Positions 25,344 through 33,568 of a stretch of DNA of 64,000 nt are shown here, piece after piece. A model generated the notes under the pieces. It worked only from the letters and a program-made list of their open reading frames with translations, had not been told where the DNA came from and did no database searches. The stretch is taken from assembly GCA_032718475.1 (NCBI GenBank), contig JAUCBJ010000050.1:50448-114447 (forward strand), in the 5' to 3' direction. Each line of letters begins with the position of its first letter. Position 1 is the stretch's first letter. This stretch comes from Nemertoderma westbladi. Lineage: Eukaryota; Animalia; Xenacoelomorpha. Both the position numbers and the translations under genes were made by a program.

Positions 25344-27944
25344 TTATTTCTTTTTCTGGTACGCCTTCCGTCTCTTCGCCCGTCGACTCTCATCGATCGC
25401 TATGGCTGGTAGAGGAGCGTCAACATCCATCGTGAGTAACGCTTCGGCTTGTCTCCTGGCGGCTCTTCCTTTCGAAGGCATCGGGATCATGTCGGTTCGT
25501 CTTTCCAACTCGGAGTTGCGTGCCTCTAGGAACCATTCTCCGTCACCGAACTCCTCTTTATACGAATATAATCGTCTAATAACTTCGAATGGACCGAATA
25601 ATCCGGCGCTCAGTAGCAGATCCACGTAATGGAAGGGTAGCGAGGCCGACGTGTGGAGGCGTTCCGGGAAGGAGAAATATCCGCACGCCATCTCCTGCGC
25701 GATATTCCGAGCGTTTCTCCGAAACTTGGTCTTTAAATGGCTGTTTGCGTATGTCTCAAACATGACCATATTGCCCATAGCGGTAACGTCTTTGGTTGGA
25801 CATTTAATATAGCAGCGGGGGCTAGCGGAATGTCCACGGAAACCGCACGTGGTGCAGAGGTTATAAAGGATCGGACAGACCGAAACGTCGTGGCCCGATA
25901 TCGCGCAGTATGGGCAATAGAGTATCCCAAGGAGCTGGAGGCAAGAATCGGTAACCCGATTCCTTCTGCTGCGTGGGCACTGCTCCGAACCGCAGTCGTC
26001 GCATACCTCCAACTGCATCTCCCGACCGGGGAATATCGGAATAGGAACGCCGGCGTAGTATTCGAGTCGTCGGTCGCTCTTCGGAATATTCTCGGTGGTC
26101 GGTAGCCCGCGGAATGCTGGGCTCTTGCGTAGTATGTTTTCGCTCCGATAACCCTCTTTATGTCCCGATGGTCTCAACTCGGACGACCGTTTCTGGCGGT
26201 GGATCCATTCAGTTTGCTCGGCGTACCAACGGGTTAGTCGCATAGGGTCCTGAGGAACGGCGGGTGTAGTAGCTACCGCTGGTCGGCGAAGAGGTGCCGG
26301 GGTTTTCGACGGAGGGATACCGAGGAGATCATCGGGTGTCGGCGCATCGCTGGGTCCCTCCTCGACCAGTATCGCTGAGCGGGTCCGTAGGTGGCTGGTA
26401 CTCGGGATCTCCGACGACCAATCTTCGCCACCCGGGAAAGGATACGGGGATAACCGTTGGCATATGTCGCCGAAGTCGCTCAATGCAGCCGTAGTGGCTA
26501 CCTCTCTCGCGGGGCTACCGGAGCCGCGTGGGGTGTAGACGCCTGCTCTCTTTATCGGTTCGGCCGAGGCAACCCGTTTGGCGGCCGGTCCGTACGCGGC
26601 CTCCGGTTCGAGTTGTCGCTTCGGGGTGGAGAGTAGAACACCCTCGTTTAGCCATATCTCTTCCCCTTCCGAGGAGATCAGCGGCTCCTCCGCACCGAGA
26701 AGTTCGGTAATCGTAGGGATATCGTAAGGTCCGCTCTCGTCCCAGGATTCGATAATGGCGGGCGTTTTCGATTCTCCCGGTGTAATGTTCTCGACCGCTT
26801 TAAACGCGTGGTTTATAACCTCGTTCCAGTCGTAGTCGACGAAGGAAAGGGGGGCCACCTTGATGAGGTTATCTAGAGTCTTGCAGATAAACTTAGCGAC
26901 GGTGTAGCATTCCATAACGACGTAGATATAGCTCCGTCGATCGGGATTCTCCCACCTTTGGTGTATCGTCCACTTCCGATCGACGTCCTTCCATCGACCC
27001 TCTCGCTCGCTCTTTATCTCTAATCCCGGGTATCCGCCGTATATTTTATTATAGTCCCGGAATTTCTGGGGTTTGAAGTCGATACCGCCGTTGAGCACAG
27101 CGAGGTAGCCGATCCCGGATTTCGTCGGTCTCACTTCTTGGAATCCTCGCATGAACTCGGCGAATCGTAACCAGGCTAGCAGCGTTTGAGTATCGATGCA
27201 ATGGCTAAGTGCGTTGAGGTCGTTTCGTCGGTTTCTTCCTGCGGGAGCGTTCGCGTAATCGTTCCGGACGTCCGCCTTGATATCCGACCCGATTTTAATG
27301 ACGTCGAAGTCGAAGAGGATCTTTTGGATATCCGTAGGCAGCAACCAGATCGCTCCGGCTGCCTGCACTTCATGTCTGGGTGTCGGGAATATTCGGCACA
27401 CCAGTACCAAACCATCCAGGGTTCCGAGGACGACGACTAAGGATCGACCGTATTCTTTCGCCCCGTACTTTTCCTGGTAGTCGTCGCGGTTTTGGATAAT
27501 CGATACGCGTTCCTCTCGAAGCGTCGCCGTACACTCCGACAGGTTTCCCCAGTGGGCGAGGTACGTACTCTTGTCGTCGACGAAACTCTGACATCTCGCC
27601 AACGTAATCGCCTTCGAGGTGGGCGTCGCGTTTCCCTCGTTGTCGTAGATCAAACATCGGGATCTGTAGACGCTCTGCCGGAACGTTTCCCAAAACGACG
27701 AATCGTCCCCTCCGGTTGCCTTTGCGTTCCGAGTCCTTTTCAGGCTCGTAGTAGCATCGGCTAACCGGAGGGCTCGTAGATTCTTAGAATCCGGTCCCTC
27801 TCGCCCGGTGAATTTAATTTCTCGTACGTTCTCATTTAGCAGAATGTTCCAATTTGTATCAAAGTCAGGGGATCCGGGTTGCGAATATTCCAGTAGATCT
27901 ACCGTGTTACGTAATTCGCCGATAATTTGGCGATTTGGGTCCAT
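25344..27944 (-). CDS. Accessory protein of the nested element, 866 aa: DEDDy/WRN-like 3'-5' exonuclease-like region, disordered linker, Cys/His zinc-binding cluster
   Basis: LPTDIQKILFDFDVIKIGSDIKAD, CIDTQ, SGIGYLA and W.......YVVME resemble the ExoII-ExoIII region of WRN/EXD nucleases; CDDC, CPYC...GH....C, CTTC...GH motifs; intact ATG-started ORF. Confidence 0.75.
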   Translation of the reverse strand: MDPNRQIIGELRNTVDLLEYSQPGSPDFDTNWNILLNENVREIKFTGREGPDSKNLRALRLADATTSLKRTRNAKATGGDDSSFWETFRQSVYRSRCLIYDNEGNATPTSKAITLARCQSFVDDKSTYLAHWGNLSECTATLREERVSIIQNRDDYQEKYGAKEYGRSLVVVLGTLDGLVLVCRIFPTPRHEVQAAGAIWLLPTDIQKILFDFDVIKIGSDIKADVRNDYANAPAGRNRRNDLNALSHCIDTQTLLAWLRFAEFMRGFQEVRPTKSGIGYLAVLNGGIDFKPQKFRDYNKIYGGYPGLEIKSEREGRWKDVDRKWTIHQRWENPDRRSYIYVVMECYTVAKFICKTLDNLIKVAPLSFVDYDWNEVINHAFKAVENITPGESKTPAIIESWDESGPYDIPTITELLGAEEPLISSEGEEIWLNEGVLLSTPKRQLEPEAAYGPAAKRVASAEPIKRAGVYTPRGSGSPAREVATTAALSDFGDICQRLSPYPFPGGEDWSSEIPSTSHLRTRSAILVEEGPSDAPTPDDLLGIPPSKTPAPLRRPAVATTPAVPQDPMRLTRWYAEQTEWIHRQKRSSELRPSGHKEGYRSENILRKSPAFRGLPTTENIPKSDRRLEYYAGVPIPIFPGREMQLEVCDDCGSEQCPRSRRNRVTDSCLQLLGILYCPYCAISGHDVSVCPILYNLCTTCGFRGHSASPRCYIKCPTKDVTAMGNMVMFETYANSHLKTKFRRNARNIAQEMACGYFSFPERLHTSASLPFHYVDLLLSAGLFGPFEVIRRLYSYKEEFGDGEWFLEARNSELERRTDMIPMPSKGRAARRQAEALLTMDVDAPLPAIAIDESRRAKRRKAYQKKK

Positions 27945-28498
27945 ATTTACGATTATATCCGTTACAAATTAGTTCAGTTAATTATAAGTCCAGAAAGTCT
28001 GAAACTATAGCGATAGCAGAATAATTCAGTTTTATTTTTAGTACAGTTTATTAATAACATTGCTATATAGGCATCTATCATCTTATTGCTAATACATTCA
28101 GCATTTACAGTTGCTATAACTATACATTAATATCCAACCAGTTTTTTATGACTTTTTTGTCCTTTTTTTTTCCAATTCTTTTCTTTGACCTCTTTTATAC
28201 CTTTTTTTTGTCTTTTTTCATTTCATTATTATTTCATCTCATTTCATTTATTTCCACATATATTTCAACATTTAGTTCCACCATTTATTTCACATTTATT
28301 TATTTCCACATCATCATTGGGTTTATAGCCCCCCGGCTATCATCATTGGTTATAAGCGCAGCACCAGGGTGCGCATCATTACATTTTCATCAGTATACGC
28401 GTCATCATTCAGGTTTATAGCAGAGTTGTCTGATCCTTTTCATCATTTCCAACTATATTGAATCATTTTCTTTGGTTAATCTTTGTCGTGGAAGGGGT

Positions 28499-28909
28499 GT
28501 TACGCGGCAATCTGGGATCTACAGCTGGACTCGTTACACCGCCTACGCCCCAAACTGCGCACGTAACGGACAATGAAGACGCTAGGAGTGAAGTCACGTG
28601 GGTGCACCAGGGACCCACCAGAATAACACTCCCAACAACATAAAGCTCAGTCGACGAAGTCATGTGGGATGGGGTTACGCAACATTCTGGGATCTACAGC
28701 TGGACTCGTTACACCGCCTACGCCCCAAAATCCACGCAACGGTCCCACCAGAATAACGCGACTGAGAAACATAAAACCCTCTATCGTCGAAGTCACGTGG
28801 ATGCACCATGGACCCACCAGAATAACGGGATAGAGGGGGTGTTGCGCGGCAATCCGGGATCTACAGCTGGACTCGTTACACCGCCTACGCCCCGAACTGC
28901 GCACGCAAC
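28499..28909 (-). repeat. Three-copy modular structured repeat between the two ORFs of the nested element
   Basis: Invariant 38-nt (+) core GGGATCTACAGCTGGACTCGTTACACCGCCTACGCCCC x3; second motif GAAGTCAYGTGG...CCCACCAGAATAAC x3. Confidence 0.85.
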
Positions 28910-29188
28910 GGACAACATAACATACTGCAATGAATACAATGAATTCCACTTCAAATCTTTTCCATTTCTAATAATCCAATATCGTAGGTCCTGATGACCA
29001 AAATCAGGGTAAACAATGCATAAACGACCCTGCGTCAGTCGAAACATCTGCAGGGTGATGCTGGACTCCACATAACACACGAGGAAACACAAATACCATT
29101 GCGTGGTTACAGTTGGTTTAAGGGGGGTCCATAACTCGTTGTCGATAAATCACAGTTAAAAGGAGTTTGTCAACATGATGAGAAGGGT

Positions 29189-32100
29189 TTAAACGCATTT
29201 GTAATTGTCACCAATGTCCACAGTAGGATCCGTAGGGAACTTATTACCTCTTGTAGAATCACCACTGTCATTGCCTTCAAGAAGGCACAGCTTCTGGATG
29301 GGGCGTTGGTAGTGGCCCGCTTTCGTTCGTATCGTCACAGTCCTCGCAAGTCCGTCTTTGCTTGGGTGTATGGTCACGACCCGCGCCACAGGCCAGTGAA
29401 CGCGGTCTTTGAGATCTTCTCTAACTAGTACCATGTCGCCAACTGCGACGTTCCGGTGGGTGTTGTTCCATTTCCTCCTGGTCCGGAGGGTTATGAGATA
29501 TTCCTGGGCCCAAATTCTCCACCAATGCGCTGCCAACGCTTGGGCCTTTTTCCAGTTTGTATGCTTCGCGATCTCGTTGGGATCCGGGAACATGGTTTCT
29601 GGGAGAACGTGGGTTTTGGGTCTCCCCAGTAGGTGGTTAGGAGTGAGGGACTCAACTGAGGCGTTCGCCATCCGGGTATTACGGCAGATTAGTCCATGCT
29701 CTCCCATTAATGGTGTCAATGTTATCAACATCATTATTATCATCAACAACCTTATTATCCACCAAAGCATGGGTACGCGCCAATGTCCGTCTTTAAACGT
29801 GGCCTGGTCGAGAACGTCCATACAATATTGGTCCTCTTCGGATGGGTTTTCGTCCTTTTCCGCGAACTCCTGGGTCTCCAAATTAAAATATTTCGTCATC
29901 TCTCGTTGGGTTTTCTCTGTTTCCAGAAACAAATCCTCGTCAAGATCCGAAACTGAGCAATAACCCACAGAGGTTACATTCTCTTTAATCTGACATTTAG
30001 GAAGGTAGGTATAGGTGTCCGTAGTTTCCTCCTTAATGCCGCAGAGTGTCCATCCCATTATTGTTCGTTCAGCATAAAATCCGTCATCCTGATTTATAGA
30101 TCGGGCGATATCTCCGGTGGGGATGTGTAGTTCCGGTGTATCAAGTCCGATCAGTAGGGTGATACGGTTTACGTCCAACTGCGGACACCTCAGGTCTACA
30201 TCGTCCCGGTCCAATTGTATGAGGGGGGCGTACTCGGCTGATTGTCGGAACCGCACCCGGAGGTCTGTGTGTACCAAGGCGTTCTTTATGGTTAACTTAG
30301 CCGTTTCGTAGCCCTTCATCACTCCTTCCATCTGGAGTTGCACCTCCCCGGACTCTACCTCTCTGTTATCGGTGATGGTTTGTATGGGCCGTTTGCAAGG
30401 CTCATATTCTAGGCCGAGTTGCTCGAGGAAATCCCGGTCGATGATGGTTCCGTCGGACCCGTTATCGAGGAATGCGAGTGTCGTCAAAGATTTGCCGACT
30501 CCTTGGATCCTTACTGGGATTACCTTTGCGAAAACCATGTAGCGGCGATTTATAAGATTAATCGTGGCCGAAATATTTGTTACTTGTGGTGTAGCGGTGG
30601 AGATTTTAAACGGGTTGGTTTCTCTCCGTTGGGTTGTCCGGGTTCCTTTGAAGATGTGGTTTGTTTCTCCTCTTCGCCTGGCTTCGATCCGAAAGGGGAG
30701 GGTAGTAAAATCGAAGTTCGCGGGGATGTGGAGGAGCGTGTGATGGCGTTGGTCGTTACAGACAGTACAGCATGATCTTTGGTCGCACTCCCGAACATAG
30801 TGACCTGTTCCAAGACACCGGAAGCATCCTCGGTGTTTCATTATCGCCTCGAAGCGTGGGACGAGTTCGGCGAACTGAAACTTTCTGCAGAATTCCACTT
30901 TGTGTTTCTCCCCACAGAAGAGACATATAGTGGAGGCTGTGGTGCCTTCCCTTTCGGGTGCCCAATTCGCTAGGTAGCATGCCCATTCTTCTGCTAAGGT
31001 CGGTTCCTCGTAATCCTCGTCATCCGAGTCCTCAGCCATACTGATGGCCATCGCACTCACAGGAGTAGGGCGGAATCTTGGGTTTGAAGTGGGTGCCCTG
31101 CTCTGGTAATTGCTCTCCATTGCGTCCAACTTGGCGAGACTTTGTTTCGAGAACATCGAGTCATTCATGGCTTCGGAGATATCGTCCAGGAATGCCGACA
31201 TTTCGAGGAAGCTGGGATCTTGATCTGGATGTCTGCGCCGGAGATCTACGCATTTATAGGCCCACTTACTTTGCAGCCATCCGGGGAACTTCCGGGCGAT
31301 CTGTCGGAGGTTTAGAATGTTGTTCACCTGGTCCTCCTTATTTAAGGGTTTCAGAGTGTAGTAGGCATCCTTCATGGAATCTGAGAAATCCTGGAGGTTC
31401 TGTGGGTCCCCTAGTGATCCCGCGTCTTGTATCAGTTTCTCTAGAGTTTTATTAATTATAGTTCCGGTATTTCCGTATCTTTTATCTAGAGTTTTCCATG
31501 CGTCATAGTATGCCTCATGAGAACCTCCCTCAAAACATGCAACAATTCTGCGTGGTTTGTCACCCAGGTATTGCGATAAATATACCAATTTCTGTGCGTC
31601 GGCTATGTCTGTTGATCCGATCTGCGCAAAGAACCGTTTCTTGAATCTGAGGTAATCGACGGGATCTCCTTCGAAGGTGCGAATCTCCATCTTCGGCATG
31701 GCAAGGCGGTTCTCCAACGCCCGGATGATGCTGACGTCGTCTGAACTAGAGTGACTCGGAGGGTTATAGTTATTGGCACTCACTCCCATACTTGATGGAT
31801 CAATAATAGGTGGAGTTTTAATAATGACGCGGCTACGAGTTTGTGGTGTCGATGTAAACGGGTTATTTGATCGGGGAGTGGCGTCCCGTTCCGAGTCCTT
31901 TTCAGGCTCGTACTTGGGTACACTCGCTGTCGTGGTGTTGGATGGGAAATAAGGTTCCTCATTCTTTAGCGTAGCTGGTGGGGGATGGAACACCGGGGCT
32001 TGTGCCGATAGCGTAGACTGTTTGGTGGGCGGGATCTCGGGTTTCAGAGGCTTCGCCGCTGTTGGTGTAAATGACTTTTCTAACTCCGGTACCGGAATTG

Positions 32101-33046
32101 GTTCATATTCCTGATCTATATCCCTTTCCCAGTCCTCGTAGAGTTGAATATCTCGTTCTATAAGTGCGGCTTCATATTCTGCGAGTTTTGCAATATCCGC
32201 ATTCTTTTTGTGGATGAGAATTGCTTGGGCCTCGGCGTGTTGTTTACGCATTTCCGCTTCCCATTTACGTTGTTCGATCTCTCGTTCGGCCTCTCGTCCG
32301 CGTTGTTCGGCCTCTAGTCTATGTTGTTCGGCCTCTAGTCTATGTTGTTCGGCCTCCTGTTCGCGTTGTTCGGCCTGCCGTTCGGCCGCTTGTTCGGCCT
32401 CTCGCTTTTGTGTCTCGGCGGCTAATACATCTTGCTCGGCTTGCAGTTGAATATACTCATCTTCCATCCGAGCTTTGAGGGCTAATGCCTTCCGTTCTCG
32501 CAGTTGGTCTCGGAGTGGCGGCGCCCCTTGAGAACTGCGCGCTGAGCCGGATATTTCGCTCCTAGCGCTGGAGTGCTGATCTCTAACGGACCCCGTTCTC
32601 TTTCGATGTACTGCTGTCCTGATGCTGGAGGATCGTACCGATTCCGCATCTGTTCTTTCAGCCCTCTTGTAGTACTGTTCCTCATAGCCTCTCACAAGGC
32701 TGAGGGTCCTCCGGTGTTGTTTGCGGAACCCATCTAGATGTACAACGTGTTCTTCCAACTTGGGGTAGTTTTCCAGATCGGTGGGGGGAACGAGCTCTTG
32801 GTACGCCTGTATCATTCTTTCGTACCGCTGTAGGATATTTCGGATACTTTGAAGCTGAGTTTGTACCTCATTGAGGGGGGTTTTGACTCCCTTGAGTTGT
32901 TTCTCCATCCATTGATACGCTCGGGTTACTCTGCCTTTAAGAGCCCCTAACCGACGGGTCATGTTCTTGACGTTTGGTACCTCGTCGGCTTCCGAGTCTG
33001 TGTGGTGATCCATCTCGTCGGTATCGGATACGTTATTTGTGGTCAT
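29189..33046 (-). CDS. BEL/Pao Gag-protease fused to the integrase C-terminal (DUF5641-like) region, 1285 aa; RT, RNase H and integrase core absent
   Basis: DUF1759-like TFEGDPVDYLRFKKRF; three zinc knuckles (CLFC..H...C, CFRC...GH....C, CTVC...HHTLLH); protease AFLDNGS; DGHWRVPMLW followed about 40 aa later by LTPNHLL...GDMVLV...W..ARV...DGLAR. Confidence 0.9.
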   Translation of the reverse strand: MTTNNVSDTDEMDHHTDSEADEVPNVKNMTRRLGALKGRVTRAYQWMEKQLKGVKTPLNEVQTQLQSIRNILQRYERMIQAYQELVPPTDLENYPKLEEHVVHLDGFRKQHRRTLSLVRGYEEQYYKRAERTDAESVRSSSIRTAVHRKRTGSVRDQHSSARSEISGSARSSQGAPPLRDQLRERKALALKARMEDEYIQLQAEQDVLAAETQKREAEQAAERQAEQREQEAEQHRLEAEQHRLEAEQRGREAEREIEQRKWEAEMRKQHAEAQAILIHKKNADIAKLAEYEAALIERDIQLYEDWERDIDQEYEPIPVPELEKSFTPTAAKPLKPEIPPTKQSTLSAQAPVFHPPPATLKNEEPYFPSNTTTASVPKYEPEKDSERDATPRSNNPFTSTPQTRSRVIIKTPPIIDPSSMGVSANNYNPPSHSSSDDVSIIRALENRLAMPKMEIRTFEGDPVDYLRFKKRFFAQIGSTDIADAQKLVYLSQYLGDKPRRIVACFEGGSHEAYYDAWKTLDKRYGNTGTIINKTLEKLIQDAGSLGDPQNLQDFSDSMKDAYYTLKPLNKEDQVNNILNLRQIARKFPGWLQSKWAYKCVDLRRRHPDQDPSFLEMSAFLDDISEAMNDSMFSKQSLAKLDAMESNYQSRAPTSNPRFRPTPVSAMAISMAEDSDDEDYEEPTLAEEWACYLANWAPEREGTTASTICLFCGEKHKVEFCRKFQFAELVPRFEAIMKHRGCFRCLGTGHYVRECDQRSCCTVCNDQRHHTLLHIPANFDFTTLPFRIEARRRGETNHIFKGTRTTQRRETNPFKISTATPQVTNISATINLINRRYMVFAKVIPVRIQGVGKSLTTLAFLDNGSDGTIIDRDFLEQLGLEYEPCKRPIQTITDNREVESGEVQLQMEGVMKGYETAKLTIKNALVHTDLRVRFRQSAEYAPLIQLDRDDVDLRCPQLDVNRITLLIGLDTPELHIPTGDIARSINQDDGFYAERTIMGWTLCGIKEETTDTYTYLPKCQIKENVTSVGYCSVSDLDEDLFLETEKTQREMTKYFNLETQEFAEKDENPSEEDQYCMDVLDQATFKDGHWRVPMLWWIIRLLMIIMMLITLTPLMGEHGLICRNTRMANASVESLTPNHLLGRPKTHVLPETMFPDPNEIAKHTNWKKAQALAAHWWRIWAQEYLITLRTRRKWNNTHRNVAVGDMVLVREDLKDRVHWPVARVVTIHPSKDGLARTVTIRTKAGHYQRPIQKLCLLEGNDSGDSTRGNKFPTDPTVDIGDNYKCV

Positions 33047-33417
33047 TGTAATGCCTCGTCGATGGCGAGATACGCGATGTCGTAAAACAGTTCCTCGTAG
33101 GTATTGTACTCAGCTTGGACCACCCGAACAGTAATCCTGAATCGTCCAACGTTCGTTCCTTGTACCTCAACTTCGACGTGCCAGATTCCTGGCTCAACTT
33201 GAATTATATCAATGGGTGTGATCGATACTTCTATTCCCTGTTAACAACTCTCCCGAATTGTGATCTGCCGACTACGAGTTGGTTAGATCGAGTTTGTTGT
33301 TTAATTAAACCACGACTTTGTCTCAACTCAAATACCAGAGTTTCCTCGTAGTGGGTGCTGGCAAGCACGTAGAGAGTTTTTGAAGAGTATTGAAGGATTC
33401 TCAACTTCCACCAGTTG

Positions 33418-33568
33418 AAGTTGACCGTAATTATCCTTAATTTTGACACCGTGTCAAAATTAACCGCATTAATTATTCTTAATTTTGACACCCCGTCAAA
33501 ATTAACCACGTGAATTATTCTTAATTTTGACACCCGGTCAAAATTAACCATATAATTATTCTTAATTT
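33418..33568. repeat. 42-bp tandem repeat of palindromes next to the nested 5' LTR
   Basis: TTAATTTTGAC-N5-GTCAAAATTAA at 33437-33463, 33479-33505 and 33521-33547. Confidence 0.85.

Noticed and set aside
25344-27944. env gene
   Set aside because: No signal peptide, transmembrane anchor or fusion-protein pattern; it has intracellular zinc-binding motifs and a basic tail.
28590-28826. Hairpin or hammerhead ribozyme in the intergenic repeats
   Set aside because: GAAGTC...ACCAGAATAAC resembles the hairpin ribozyme only superficially: loop B residues differ and GUAYAUUAC is absent. There is no CUGANGA/GAAA hammerhead core, and G.U pairs favour the opposite strand.
33395-33413. TGGTGGAAG as the tRNA PBS of the nested element
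   Set aside because: It lies about 155 nt from the LTR end and inside a hairpin, and I cannot match it to a tRNA 3' end.
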